Positions 19,407-29,761 of a DNA stretch of 64,000 nucleotides are shown one piece after another. Source of the DNA: an uncultured Hyphomonadaceae bacterium (GTDB lineage: Bacteria; Pseudomonadota; Alphaproteobacteria; Caulobacterales; Hyphomonadaceae); the NCBI GenBank assembly GCA_964492485.1, contig CAZBKM010000006.1, positions 18,932 to 82,931 on the forward strand, given 5' to 3'. The translations under genes and the position numbers were made by a program. Position 1 is the first letter of the stretch. Each line of letters begins with the position of its first letter. The notes under the pieces are model-generated. The model was not told the DNA's origin and searched no databases. It saw only the letters and a program-made list of their open reading frames with translations.

Positions 19407-20725
19407 CTGTCCCCATCCCCGGATCGGATGGCCGGATGGTTGCTTCTGATCGAAATGGCGCGCGCATGGGCGGGCAGGCCCTCGGCCTCCGCCAGACGCA
19501 GCGCCGCTGGCGCCAGCGCCTCGAAGCCCGCCTGGCCGGCGCGCTGGACACTGATCCGCTTCATGAAATCCAGAAGCCCGAGACCGGAGGAGAATCGCGC
19601 CGCCCGCGAGGTGGGCAGCACATGGTTCGACCCGGTAACATAATCGCCCAGCGCCTCCGGCATGTGGTGGCCAAGGAACACCGCGCCGGCATGGCGCACC
19701 TTGGGCAGAAGCGCATCCGGGTCGGCGACGGCCAGTTCCAGGTGCTCCGGCGCGATCCGGTTGGCCAGTACCATCGCCTGGTCGAGGTCGCGGGTGACGA
19801 TGACCGCGCCATGGGCGGTCCAGCTTTCGCGGGCGACGGCCTCGCTCGCCAGGGTATCGAGCTGGCCTTCGACCGCGCGTACCACCGCCTCGGCCAGCTC
19901 CGGATCGGGTGTGATGAGCACCGATTGCGAGGTGGGATCATGTTCGGCCTGGCTCAGCAGATCGGCGGCCACCCAGTCGGGGTTCGCGGTGGCATCGGCG
20001 ATCACCAGGATTTCCGACGGACCGGCAATCGTGTCGATCCCGACCCGGCCGAAGACCTGCCGCTTGGCTTCCGCCACATAGGCGTTACCGGGGCCGACGA
20101 TCTTGTCCACCGGGCGCAGACGCCCTGCGCCGAAGGCCAGCGCGCCCACGGCCTGGGCGCCGCCTATCGGGTGAAACTCGTCGACACCGGCGCGCAGCGC
20201 GGCATAGGCCACCGCGGGGGCCAGGTCGCCGTCGGGCGCCGGAGCCACCATGACGACCCGCCCCACGCCGGCAGCCTTCGCCGGAACGACGTTCATCAGG
20301 ACCGAACTCGGATAGCTGGCACGCCCGCCCGGCACATAGACGCCCACGGCATCCAGCGGCGTCCACCGCCAGCCCAGTTCGACACCATCGGCATCGGTGA
20401 ACCGGTGATCGTCCGGCGCCTGGGCGCCGTGATAGGCGGCGATCCGTGCGGCGGCAAAGTCGATCGCCTCGCGCAGGTCGGCCGGGCAAGCGGCAGCCAG
20501 GGCGCCCAGGTCCACATTGTCGGAGGTCAGCGTCACCGGATCGAGCTGCAGTCGGTCGAACTTCGCCGTCTGCTCGGCGACGGCCGCACCGCCCCGGCTC
20601 CGAACGTCGGCCAGAATGGAGCGAACGGTCTCGGCCACATCCGCCACGTCACCGCGGGGCGCGTTGAGAAACGCCTCGAACCGGTCATCGAAGGCGGCAC
20701 TGCGGGCGTCGAGGCGGGTGGTCAT
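19403..20725 (-). CDS. hisD: Histidinol dehydrogenase
   Basis: 440 aa. [12 protein letters not shown] and SQAEHDP motifs. Confidence 0.95.
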   Translation of the reverse strand: MTTRLDARSAAFDDRFEAFLNAPRGDVADVAETVRSILADVRSRGGAAVAEQTAKFDRLQLDPVTLTSDNVDLGALAAACPADLREAIDFAAARIAAYHGAQAPDDHRFTDADGVELGWRWTPLDAVGVYVPGGRASYPSSVLMNVVPAKAAGVGRVVMVAPAPDGDLAPAVAYAALRAGVDEFHPIGGAQAVGALAFGAGRLRPVDKIVGPGNAYVAEAKRQVFGRVGIDTIAGPSEILVIADATANPDWVAADLLSQAEHDPTSQSVLITPDPELAEAVVRAVEGQLDTLASEAVARESWTAHGAVIVTRDLDQAMVLANRIAPEHLELAVADPDALLPKVRHAGAVFLGHHMPEALGDYVTGSNHVLPTSRAARFSSGLGLLDFMKRISVQRAGQAGFEALAPAALRLAEAEGLPAHARAISIRSNHPAIRSGDGDR

Positions 20726-21165
20726 CGCTTGCGCCTTTCGTGGCTCGGTGTCTTGCGCGTGTGCCAGACATAGTCGGAATCGAGCAGCGTGACATCCAGC
20801 ACCTCGACCTTGAGGGCGATCTCGCCGTCGCCGGCAAAGGTCAGGATCACCTGACCGCCCGGCGGCTCGGCATCCGGAACGAAAACGATCTGCAGCAGCG
20901 ACACAACCGTGTCCGGATCCGCCTGACCCAGCCCACGCGCCCGCGCCGTCAGCACCCCGTCCACCGACAGGAGCGCGCGGACACGGGCTTTCTCCGTTCC
21001 CTCCGCTTCCCAGCGAAAGCGGTTGAGTTCGATGGAGAAGCGCCGCTGGCGGGCCTCGTAGCGCAGGTTCTCGGCCTTGGTGACGGCATCCTGCACCGCC
21101 GCCGAAATCACCTGCAAATCCTCTTCATCCTCGGCGATCAGCCTGAGCGGCGTTGGGTCGGCCAT
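20722..21165 (-). CDS. DUF2948 family protein
   Basis: LRLIAEDEEDLQVISAAVQDAV... ATGA overlap with the hisD start. Confidence 0.7.
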   Translation of the reverse strand: MADPTPLRLIAEDEEDLQVISAAVQDAVTKAENLRYEARQRRFSIELNRFRWEAEGTEKARVRALLSVDGVLTARARGLGQADPDTVVSLLQIVFVPDAEPPGGQVILTFAGDGEIALKVEVLDVTLLDSDYVWHTRKTPSHERRKR

Positions 21166-21182
21166 GGCGGTCGGACTGCTCC

Positions 21183-22457
21183 CTAGTCGCTGAGCCGGCG
21201 GATCTCTGCACCGCAGGCACTGAGCTTCTCGTCCAGGGCTTCAAAGCCGCGGTCGAGATGGTAGATGCGGTTGACCACAGTCTCCCCTTCGGCGGCAAGT
21301 CCCGCGATGACAAGGGAGACCGAGGCGCGAAGGTCGGTCGCCATCACCGGCGCGCCGTGCAGTCCGCGTCCGCCCTTCACGATCGCTTCGGGCCCGCGCA
21401 CGGTCACGTCGGCGCCGAGCCGTGCCAGCTCGGGCGCGTGCATGAAGCGGTTCTCGAAGATGTTCTCGCGGATGATCGATGTGCCCTGCGCCAGCGTCAT
21501 GAGCGCCATGAACTGTGCCTGGAGATCCGTGGGAAAGCCGGGATGGGGTTGGGTGTCGATGTCGACCGGCTGGAGCGGGTGATCGGGCGCGCGAAGGACC
21601 CGCAGCGTACGCGCCGCCCCATCCGCCGCCACCGTTACCCCTGCCCGCCGGAGCGCCCCGATCAGGGCGCCGAGCGCATCCACCGGCGCGTTGTCCAGGG
21701 TGACATCACCGCCGGCCGCCGCCGCCGCAATGGCGAACGTCCCGGCCTCGATCCGGTCGGGCATGACGTCATGGGTGGTCCCCGACAGCCGCTCCACGCC
21801 GACGATGCGGACCGTATCGGTGCCAGCCCCGGTGATCCGCGCGCCCATGGCGTTCAGGCAGGCGGCGAGGTCGGCAATCTCCGGCTCGCGCGCGGCGTTC
21901 TCCAGCACCGTTTCCCCCTGGGCCAGGGTCGCGGCCAGCATGGCGTGTTCCGTCGCCCCAACCGAGGGGAAGGGAAAGTTCACATGGGCGCCCTTCAGAC
22001 CGCGAAGCGCGGCGGCCTTCACATAGCCGCCCTCGATCAGGAGGTCGGCGCCCATGGCCTCGAACGCCTTCAGGTGCAGGTCCACGGGCCGCGCACCGAT
22101 GGCACAGCCGCCCGGCAGCGACACGGTGGCGTGGCCGGCGCGCGCCAGCAGAGGCCCCAGCACGTTGAAGCTCGCCCGCATCTTCCGCACCTGCTCATAG
22201 GGCGCGATGGTCGAGGTCAGCTCCGCCGCGTTCAGATGGCAGGTGTGGGTGGCGCGGGGCCAGTACACCTCGACCCCGAGCGTCTGCAGCAGCTCGCTCA
22301 GGAACCGTGTGTCGGCCAGGTTCGGGCAATTGGTCAGGGTCAGCGGTTGGTCGGTCAGCAGCGACGCCACCATCAGCTTCAGCGCGGAATTCTTCGCGCC
22401 GGAAATCGGAATGCGGCCCGCCAGCGGACGGCCGCCCATGAGGCTCAGTCGATCCAT
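21183..22457 (-). CDS. murA: UDP-N-acetylglucosamine 1-carboxyvinyltransferase
   Basis: Start at [34 protein letters not shown]. The track ORF extends upstream spuriously to 22796. Confidence 0.95.
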   Translation of the reverse strand: MDRLSLMGGRPLAGRIPISGAKNSALKLMVASLLTDQPLTLTNCPNLADTRFLSELLQTLGVEVYWPRATHTCHLNAAELTSTIAPYEQVRKMRASFNVLGPLLARAGHATVSLPGGCAIGARPVDLHLKAFEAMGADLLIEGGYVKAAALRGLKGAHVNFPFPSVGATEHAMLAATLAQGETVLENAAREPEIADLAACLNAMGARITGAGTDTVRIVGVERLSGTTHDVMPDRIEAGTFAIAAAAAGGDVTLDNAPVDALGALIGALRRAGVTVAADGAARTLRVLRAPDHPLQPVDIDTQPHPGFPTDLQAQFMALMTLAQGTSIIRENIFENRFMHAPELARLGADVTVRGPEAIVKGGRGLHGAPVMATDLRASVSLVIAGLAAEGETVVNRIYHLDRGFEALDEKLSACGAEIRRLSD

Positions 22458-22545
22458 GACTCCACCGTTACGCCTGCCCAGGGGCGAGGGAAAGGCCGGA
22501 AAGTGGCGATCAGGGGGGACGCGGGGCCGCAGGCCCTGCCCGCGC

Positions 22546-22731
22546 TCAGTCCATGTCCTTCGCCGGGTCGCGCTGCGCCTCCTCCCCGGCCCGTGCGGCG
22601 CGCTGCGCCTGCTTGCGCCGCCGGAGATTGACGCGCAGCGCCGCAGCCCGCCGGGCTTCGCGGCTGTCGGGATCCGGCGTGGTCCGCCCCCCCGGGTTTC
22701 GGTCCGTCGGGTCATTTTCAGCCATCGCCAT
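22546..22731 (-). CDS. Small basic hypothetical protein (61 aa)
   Basis: High GC3. AALRVNLRRRKQAQRAAR resembles small conserved proteins I recall seeing upstream of murA in other Alphaproteobacteria. No family name assigned. Confidence 0.45.
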   Translation of the reverse strand: MAMAENDPTDRNPGGRTTPDPDSREARRAAALRVNLRRRKQAQRAARAGEEAQRDPAKDMD

Positions 22732-22837
22732 CTCGCTCGCTCATGGGCTCCACAGGCCGGGTTTTTGCCCGCCCCGCCTGGAATCGGTCTTTTCATCTGC
22801 GCCGGTCTAAGCTAGGAGCCGGGGTCTCGCGCGCAAG

Positions 22838-22912
22838 GCCGCAGTAGCTCAGTGGTAGAGCGCACCCTTGGTAAGGGTGAGGTCGGCAGTTCAATCCTGC
22901 CCTGCGGCACCA
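22838..22912 (+). tRNA. tRNA-Thr (anticodon GGU), CCA encoded
   Basis: Folded by hand. Acceptor GCCGCAG/CTGCGGC. Anticodon stem CACCC/GGGTG with loop TTGGTAA. T arm GGCAG-TTCAATC-CTGCC. Discriminator A followed by CCA. Confidence 0.95.
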
Positions 22913-23126
22913 GCAACCACGACAGGATGCGAGATAGGGGGTTTGGTCGGGTGCGGTCCTTATGCGCGCTCCGGGATTGTCGCTCATTCGCCTCGCGCGT
23001 CTTCAAGTCAGGCTGTAATCCGCAGGTGACAGTCCGGCGCGAGACGAAAGGCTGACGCATCAGAGCGGCCTTGCAGCATCACGGGGAGCGACGCAGGCCG
23101 GGAACACCGGCGCGCGGTTTCACGCG

Positions 23127-25388
23127 TCAACAGGTCTCGTCACCCGGGTCCAGCTCGATTTCGCGAAACCGATTCAGGCCTCCACCCCCCTCAGATCCGG
23201 CGTCGTAGACAAAGCCGTACACACTTGTTCCATCGGGTCGCGTGTAGACATTGCCCCGAACCCAAGAGCCGGTCACGTCTTCCACCACAGGTCTGGGCAT
23301 TGTCCAGCCGCCCGCATCGCAGGTGCCGAACAGGTTGCGCGAAGCGGTTTCGACGAAAAGTGCGTGCAGCGTGTCCCCGTCAGAGATCACGTCGGCGGCA
23401 GGCTGTTGAGAGTCCACGGCGTTGGTAATCACGTTCAAGTCGGTTACGCGGACGGGATCGCTGGGTCCCCGCCCGCCCTCAATACGGCGCTCCCAGAGTG
23501 TGCCATCGTCGAGGCGGTAGACAATGACGAGCGTCCCGGTCTGGTTCAGATAGACGAGCGGCAGGACGGCGCCGTAAACCTCACTGCCTTTCCCCGCCCC
23601 CTCGGCGATGAGCCGGCGCTCGGAAAGCGTACCGTCCGACTCAAGCACGCGATGCCATATCGCTCCCGGGGATTCATAATAGGCGATATGGATGCGGTCG
23701 TCCGCGCCACGCACGGCCTGGGGACCTGCGGTCATGCCATCGGCGTCGGTGTCCAGGGACTTGGCTCGCGACCAGGTCCCCTCGGCTGAGCGGACCGCGT
23801 AATGCAGCGTATCGGCGAGGAAGACAACCACGAGACTTCCATCCGACCGCGTGGCAAGGGTCGCCATCTGGGCCACCGCCGTGTCGGTTGCGGCCAGTTC
23901 GTCGCGCACAGCCCAACTGTCCCCTCGCTCCGAGTGGCTGGACGTGTGAAAGGCATGATAGCGGACAGACTCGGTAACCTGATGAACGATGTGAATTGTG
24001 TCGCCGACCATGCGGGCGTCGACCGATTCAAGATCGCCGGTCGATGGCCTGTTCGCTCCATCCACCTCGCGCCAGGTCCGCCCCCCATCGCCTGACTTGA
24101 CCATCATGAACAGATTGGTCGTCTCCGTGGGCTCCATGATGAAATAGAGATCGCCATTCGCGGCCTGCCAGGGGCCAATCCGCCCCGGCGTTTCCACGAA
24201 GGTGCCACCCAGATGCCCGTCGGGAACGGCAAGCGTGAGGCTTGGATCGGGCCCGACATTCACCCTCGCGCCGGTTTCGTCGACCATGCGGAAGGTGAAG
24301 ACATCGCCCGCGTCATTCATGTGCGCCCCGTCGGCGAAACGCCGCACGACCAGCGGCCACTCGAACTCGCCGCGCTCGCCCGGATTGACGGTCCAGTCGG
24401 GTGTCGTCTTGGAAAGCGAGACGCCGAATCCGCGTGCCACGCCAGGCACGCCGAGGATCGGTTCTGTTGGCGTGCCGTCAGCGTAGGTGAGCGCCGACAC
24501 GATGCTCACAGATGGAGTCCGCGGTTCGCCTTCCACCACGAATTCCGGAAACAACACGCGCTCGCCCCCTGGCACGCGCAAGCCCACCCGCTCGGCGGGC
24601 AGTTCCTCTGGCTGATCTATCGCAAACTCAAAGGCGTCGTCGTCGAAATTGACCTCCAGTTCTCCATCCTCGGCCTGCACCTCTGCTTCAAGGCGCTTGC
24701 CCGCCTCGATGGCGACGGATTCCCGGGCCAGCAAGGTCGCGTCACCGTCGCGGACCCGCACGACACGGATCTGATCGGATGAGGGATCGAACCGGACGTA
24801 CGCGTAATTGTCAGCATCGACATAGCCGAAGACGAGATCGACGCCCTGGCTGCTGATCTCGTCCAGTCGGAACTGCGCACCCAGACTGAAATCGTCGAGC
24901 GCCCACGGAGGCGTATAGAACGCGAAGACGTCGCGTTTGCCTGCCTCGATCAGCAGCCCGGACGCCCGGTCCCCGGTATCGATATGCGCCGAGGCGCCAG
25001 ACGGGACGACCTCCCAGTCCGGCGGAACGGGTCCGGGCTCGGCATCCTCGAACGTGATGACGACCTCCCGCTCGGAGCGCGGGAAATCGTGCGCCGTGAC
25101 CTGGACCCAAGGCCCGTCATTGCGCCTCACCTGAAGTCCGTAGGCACGGGTCTGGCCAGGCCGCTCGCTTGCCTCCGCCAGCATGCGCAGACGGAAAGGC
25201 CGGTCGGCCTGTACGATGACGGACTCACCAGGCGCGCCCGCCCAACCGGTGTCCGCATTCAATGGCGCCTCCACATCGCCTCGAACGCGGAAACCCGGGG
25301 CGCTGTCCTTCTGCGACCCCTGAGCGAACGCGCAGGCTCCGGTGAGGGAGATCAATCCCAACAAGGCGACGAAATCGACTTTGCGCAC
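23127..25388 (-). CDS. Exported BNR/Asp-box beta-propeller (sialidase-like) protein with N-terminal jelly-roll-like region
   Basis: Start moved to GTG 25388 (AGAGAGGGG 5 nt upstream), giving signal peptide VRKVDFVALLGLISLTGACAFA/QG. Has one canonical Asp-box, SGDGGRTW. Function not assignable. Confidence 0.6.
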   Translation of the reverse strand: MRKVDFVALLGLISLTGACAFAQGSQKDSAPGFRVRGDVEAPLNADTGWAGAPGESVIVQADRPFRLRMLAEASERPGQTRAYGLQVRRNDGPWVQVTAHDFPRSEREVVITFEDAEPGPVPPDWEVVPSGASAHIDTGDRASGLLIEAGKRDVFAFYTPPWALDDFSLGAQFRLDEISSQGVDLVFGYVDADNYAYVRFDPSSDQIRVVRVRDGDATLLARESVAIEAGKRLEAEVQAEDGELEVNFDDDAFEFAIDQPEELPAERVGLRVPGGERVLFPEFVVEGEPRTPSVSIVSALTYADGTPTEPILGVPGVARGFGVSLSKTTPDWTVNPGERGEFEWPLVVRRFADGAHMNDAGDVFTFRMVDETGARVNVGPDPSLTLAVPDGHLGGTFVETPGRIGPWQAANGDLYFIMEPTETTNLFMMVKSGDGGRTWREVDGANRPSTGDLESVDARMVGDTIHIVHQVTESVRYHAFHTSSHSERGDSWAVRDELAATDTAVAQMATLATRSDGSLVVVFLADTLHYAVRSAEGTWSRAKSLDTDADGMTAGPQAVRGADDRIHIAYYESPGAIWHRVLESDGTLSERRLIAEGAGKGSEVYGAVLPLVYLNQTGTLVIVYRLDDGTLWERRIEGGRGPSDPVRVTDLNVITNAVDSQQPAADVISDGDTLHALFVETASRNLFGTCDAGGWTMPRPVVEDVTGSWVRGNVYTRPDGTSVYGFVYDAGSEGGGGLNRFREIELDPGDETC

Positions 25389-25504
25389 GGTGGCCCCTCT
25401 CTGGGTCGACGACGTGCCCAAGGGGCACCTGCTGCCGTCATGTGATCCTGTCCTGTCGCGTCATCCGGGTGGGAGTGGGGCCGGGCCCGCTCGGAAACGC
25501 GTCT

Positions 25505-25609
25505 GACGCATCTTCAAAGCGCCGGTGTTTCAATCCATTCCCAACCGGCGCTTTACATCCTTTTATCCGCACAAGCATCCGTTCGAAGAGGACACCGTTC
25601 ACCCCAAAC
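25505..25609 (+). repeat. Mosaic intergenic repeat: module B arm fused to diverged module C
   Basis: GACGCATCTTCAA, then hairpin GCGCCGGT...ACCGGCGC, then ...CCGCACAAGCATCCGTTCGAAGAGGACACCGTTCACCCCAAAC. The tail has about 60% ungapped identity to the 29762-29860 copy. Confidence 0.7.
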
Positions 25610-25614
25610 TTGCG

Positions 25615-28452
25615 CTAGAAGCGCGCCTTCAGGCCGAACTCGATCGTACGCCCGAACTCGTCATATTGCGAGTTGAAGTCCGGATCGCCGAGATAAGCGT
25701 AGAATGGCTCGTCGGTAATATTGGTTACGTTGAACAGCAACGACCATCTTTCGGTAACCGCATACTGGGCCTGGAAGTCCACGCGCAGCTCCCCATCGAC
25801 GTAACGGTCCTGATCGGGATCTTCGGCGTCCTCCACTCCGTCAAAGTACTCACCACGATAATTGGCCGCCAGGCGAGCTGAAAGCCCATACTTCTCGTAA
25901 CCGATCGAAACGTTGGCAATACTGTCCGCCTGCTCGGGAAGCGGGATGGGTTCGTCACGGAACGGTACATCGGCCTCACTGTCGATGATGCTGTAATTGC
26001 CGGTCAGGATGAAGCCGTCGAATGGCGATGGCAGGAAGCCCAGTTGCTGCACATAGCTGAACTCGATACCCATCACCTCTGCACTGTCGCCGTTTATCGT
26101 CTGCTCAACCTCATCGAAGTCTTCAAACGGCGCCTGACCAGCCACATCTGTCGTCACAAAGAAGTCTTCAATATCCTTGTAGAAGACGCCAATGGAAGCA
26201 GCGCTGAGATCACCCGGCGGATAGAATGTGACTTCCGCATCGAAATTGTTGGAGTAAAGCGGGTCGAGGTCAGGATTTCCGACTTCGGCCACACGCTCTT
26301 CGACCTCCGTCCCTTCACGCGCGATCTCGATGATCTGGCGAGGGCTCGCGGCCTCGAAATCGGGGCGCGCGATGGTGCGGTTCGCACCGAGGCGGACATG
26401 CAGCCGTTCGCTGAAGCGGTAAACACCCTGAAGGCTGGGGAACCATTCGGTGTATTCATTGCTGCCTGTGAACGGCTCGATGTCGGGCAATCCATCCGGA
26501 TCCGCATCGTCGATAATGGCCCGGAAACCCTGCTGGTCGATGGTTGTGTGTTCGACCCGCACGCCGCCGAGCAATTCGAACCCGTTGATGTCGACCTCGC
26601 TCATGACATACGCAGCGAAAATGTCTTCCTCAAGCTGGTAATCTTCCGCCTGGCTATCGATAAGGAAGTCCTCTTCGTTTCGACTGAAGTTTTGACGGTT
26701 GTCAGCAAAGTATTCACGCAATGCGCCTCCAGCATCAACATAGGGGCCGAAGTCGCCCAGTGGATAGTCCCGCTCGCCGGGGCCGACAACATCAGCGAGC
26801 GTGAAGGGCTGACCGAAATCTTCGAAGTTCGTGTTGTTGACGTCAGCTTCCTTCTCGCGAAGACGCGCCTGAACGCCAAACTGGATACGTCCGGGATAAT
26901 TACCGTAATCGACGTCCCGTCCTGCATTGAACTTGTAGGAGTTCTCGATTTCTTCCACGAAATCCTCCTCGAGTTCGATCAGAATTCCCTCGAACGCCTC
27001 AGGATCGTCGATCTCCGGAGAGTCGGAGAACAGGAGAGGAGTCTCGCGCCGACCGTCGCGCACATAGCCGATATCGAGCCCTTCCGCGAGGAATGCGGAG
27101 CCCAGGGAGAAGGGCTCGTCCGTGGTGGAGACGGCATAGCCGATCTGATAATCGATCAACCAGTCATTGAACCGGTTCTCGCCGCCGGCAACGATCGATA
27201 GGATGTCACGTGTCGCGGTGGTCTTCTTCCCGCGCTTCTCTACCGCACCATCGGTGAACCTTGCGCCACCCGCGTCGAGCTCCACAACGTCCCCGTCCTC
27301 GTAGAGATATTCATGCTCGAGTTCGAGTTCGGTATCGGCGAAATCGCTGAACAATGTCCGGAGATAATATTCCGAGTTGTCGTCCGGGCGAAAATCGAAG
27401 TTCAGCGTGCCGCCGATCCTCTCGCGGCTCAACTCATAGTCGCGCTGCTCCATCGACTCAGGCGAACGGAACGCGCCGCCCTGGGGCGAGTCCAAGAGCG
27501 GTGAATTCCCTGCTTCGAGATTATCGACAGCGAATTCACGATCGAACTGGTTGTAGGACGCCGTAACGCCAAAATTGTCTTCGCCCCCGGCGATGCTGAA
27601 CAGGCGGGTCGCGGTGATCGATCCTCGCGGACTCGTTTCCTCCAGCTTCTCGTTGTAGCTGCCCTCGGCAGAGACGGTCAGGCTGTTGCCGAGGTCGAAT
27701 GCGGTCAGGGTCGTGATTTCAATGTTCCCACCCACGCCATCGGCATCCATGGCCGGCGTGAGCGTCTTGCTGATTTCGGCACTCTCCACCAGTTCGGAGG
27801 CAACCACATCGAGATTGACGCCGCGCGAACCGCCTGGAGACGGGACCCGCAGCCCATTGATCGTCACGGAGTTGAACTGGGACGCCGCACCGCGGATCGA
27901 GACGGAACGCCCCTCGCCCTGATCGCGTATCACGGCCAGGCCGGGCACACGCTGCAGCGCCTCGGCGACGTTCTCGTCGGGGAACTGGCCGATGGCGTCG
28001 GAAGACAGCACGTCGATATTGTTGACGGCCTGGCGCTCCCGGTTCAGAGCCGCCGCCGCGCTTGCCGATTGGCCCACCACGATCACGACTTGGTTCTCGC
28101 CGAGTTGCAACTCTGGGCGGGCCGTCTGCCCTGGAAGGACCTCCACTTGTGACGGCGCCGGCTCAGCGCCGAGATACTCCACCTTCAACGTGTAGGTTCC
28201 CGGGGCCAGGTCGCCGAAGCGAAACCCACCATCGCGTTCGGTCGTCGCGGACAGGCCGAGCTCCTCAACCACGACCCGCGCGCCCTGGAAGCCGTAACGG
28301 CCCGACGCATCCACGACGCGGCCCGAGATGACACCTTCCTCCTGGGCCTGGGACTGGGCTTCAGCCGCCATCGGCATCGCAAACGTCGCTGCGCCTCCCG
28401 CAAGGACGACCCAGACCAGCGCAGCGCTACCACTCAAACGTGATTTCATCAT
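25615..28452 (-). CDS. TonB-dependent receptor with N-terminal carboxypeptidase-regulatory-like domain
   Basis: Signal peptide ...AMPMAAEA/QS. CarbopepD_reg-like GRVVDASGRYGFQGARVVVEELGLSATTERDGGFRFGDLAPGTYTL. Plug motif SSDAIGQFPDENVAEALQRVPG. C-terminal ...TIEFGLKARF. Strong RBS AGGAGGGG. Confidence 0.9.
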   Translation of the reverse strand: MMKSRLSGSAALVWVVLAGGAATFAMPMAAEAQSQAQEEGVISGRVVDASGRYGFQGARVVVEELGLSATTERDGGFRFGDLAPGTYTLKVEYLGAEPAPSQVEVLPGQTARPELQLGENQVVIVVGQSASAAAALNRERQAVNNIDVLSSDAIGQFPDENVAEALQRVPGLAVIRDQGEGRSVSIRGAASQFNSVTINGLRVPSPGGSRGVNLDVVASELVESAEISKTLTPAMDADGVGGNIEITTLTAFDLGNSLTVSAEGSYNEKLEETSPRGSITATRLFSIAGGEDNFGVTASYNQFDREFAVDNLEAGNSPLLDSPQGGAFRSPESMEQRDYELSRERIGGTLNFDFRPDDNSEYYLRTLFSDFADTELELEHEYLYEDGDVVELDAGGARFTDGAVEKRGKKTTATRDILSIVAGGENRFNDWLIDYQIGYAVSTTDEPFSLGSAFLAEGLDIGYVRDGRRETPLLFSDSPEIDDPEAFEGILIELEEDFVEEIENSYKFNAGRDVDYGNYPGRIQFGVQARLREKEADVNNTNFEDFGQPFTLADVVGPGERDYPLGDFGPYVDAGGALREYFADNRQNFSRNEEDFLIDSQAEDYQLEEDIFAAYVMSEVDINGFELLGGVRVEHTTIDQQGFRAIIDDADPDGLPDIEPFTGSNEYTEWFPSLQGVYRFSERLHVRLGANRTIARPDFEAASPRQIIEIAREGTEVEERVAEVGNPDLDPLYSNNFDAEVTFYPPGDLSAASIGVFYKDIEDFFVTTDVAGQAPFEDFDEVEQTINGDSAEVMGIEFSYVQQLGFLPSPFDGFILTGNYSIIDSEADVPFRDEPIPLPEQADSIANVSIGYEKYGLSARLAANYRGEYFDGVEDAEDPDQDRYVDGELRVDFQAQYAVTERWSLLFNVTNITDEPFYAYLGDPDFNSQYDEFGRTIEFGLKARF

Positions 28453-28732
28453 CGAAATACCCCTCCTGAACGAACGCGATCAGGCTAGGCAACAATTATG
28501 ACGCTCAAAAAACTGTTCGATGAAGCTTTTCTCAATTATTATATCTCCGATAATATCACAATTGTATTTAGGTTCGAAGATTTTACACGCCTCGTATGTT
28601 GGTATTGTTTTTATTAAATGATAATCGAAGAGGAGGGCATCTGATATTACGGAAACCCGAAAAAGCTGCTGTTGTTGATGACTCCGCTTCGACCCGCTGC
28701 AGCCGACAATTCAGCCATGAACGGACCACGCC

Positions 28733-29602
28733 ATGCACATCATTTTCCAGTTCGCGACTGCAGCCCTGATTCTCCTCATCGCATCCGTGATCGAGGCGCC
28801 GGATGCCGAAGCGGAAGCAGCCCCGCTGGTTCGCTTTGCCGTGCTGGGGGACGCCGAACCGAAACCTGAACCCGAGTTCCCCGGGCTGGAAGCGGCGGTT
28901 TCCGACGTGAATGCCCTGTCCGCGCGGGACCGGATCGATTTCGTCGTCGGGGTCGGCGATATCGCGCACAAGGGGACGATCGTCCAGTACGAGAATGCCA
29001 CGCGGGCACTCGAGCGGCTCCGGGCGCCGTTCTACCCGATCATGGGGAATGAGGAACTCAACGCATCCCTTGAGCGGTATCTTGATTATGCCGGGCGCTG
29101 GAATGACGAGGTGGACAGTCCGCGCTACGTCCGTGACCTCGGTCCCATCGTGATGGTGCACGCCTCACCCGACAGCGGGCGTGATTTCGCAGACGAAGGG
29201 ATTGACTGGATGCGCAGACAGGTCGAGGCCGCCGCGCCCAAGCCGGTCTTCCTCGTCGTTCACGCGGCCGAAGCGGGCACATTCCCGGAGAATCCGGACA
29301 AGGGTGTTCACAACGCCCGCTTTGGTGATGTCATGGACCTCAGCAATCTTGCTGTGGTGATCTCGGGAGATCTGCATATGGACATGGACCGAACCGGTCA
29401 CTCCAAGCAGGTCGACGGCGTTCACCATCTCCACAGTCCCGCATTGGAACGCACAAAGATTCCGGACGAAACCCGGCACACTCCCATGTATCGCGTCGTT
29501 ACGGTGATGCCCGATGGCAGCGTCGCGGTCGATACATACGAAACGGGCACGTCTACACCTCTTGAAAGGCATGACTACGACTTCACGCTGGACCTGCCAT
29601 GA
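28733..29602 (+). CDS. Secreted metallophosphoesterase (calcineurin-like)
   Basis: Signal-like N-terminus. VLGDAEP, GVGDIAHKG and IMGNEE metal-binding motifs. Confidence 0.8.
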   Translation: MHIIFQFATAALILLIASVIEAPDAEAEAAPLVRFAVLGDAEPKPEPEFPGLEAAVSDVNALSARDRIDFVVGVGDIAHKGTIVQYENATRALERLRAPFYPIMGNEELNASLERYLDYAGRWNDEVDSPRYVRDLGPIVMVHASPDSGRDFADEGIDWMRRQVEAAAPKPVFLVVHAAEAGTFPENPDKGVHNARFGDVMDLSNLAVVISGDLHMDMDRTGHSKQVDGVHHLHSPALERTKIPDETRHTPMYRVVTVMPDGSVAVDTYETGTSTPLERHDYDFTLDLP

Positions 29603-29761
29603 GCGGTCGCGTGCATATCGGGTCAAACCCGCCGTAGCGAGTTCCGTCCATCCGGTCTCAAACGCGAACGGCGACTCGCGCAAGTTCAGGGACCAGAACC
29701 GACGGTTCGGACTGAAATGAGCGACTGGCAAATCCGCGAGGGGCCTGCCGCGCCTGATGCC

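Noticed and set aside
22812-23060. 82-aa minus-strand ORF, and the 22852..23055 plus-strand ORF
   Set aside because: Both translate the tRNA-Thr gene. ...GRIELPTSPLPRVRSTTEL is the classic tRNA-antisense pseudo-peptide.
22913-23126. Classical integrase-mediated genomic island inserted at tRNA-Thr
   Set aside because: There is no integrase, excisionase or transposase gene between 22.9 and 32 kb. I could not find a direct repeat of the tRNA 3' half by eye. The compositional anomaly starts only at about 25.5 kb, not at the tRNA.
28453-28732. Cobalamin riboswitch upstream of the TonB receptor (and upstream of mutA, 45077..45277)
   Set aside because: I could not recognise a B12-box-like core or the GC-rich multi-stem architecture. 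The 28.5-kb region is simply AT-rich.
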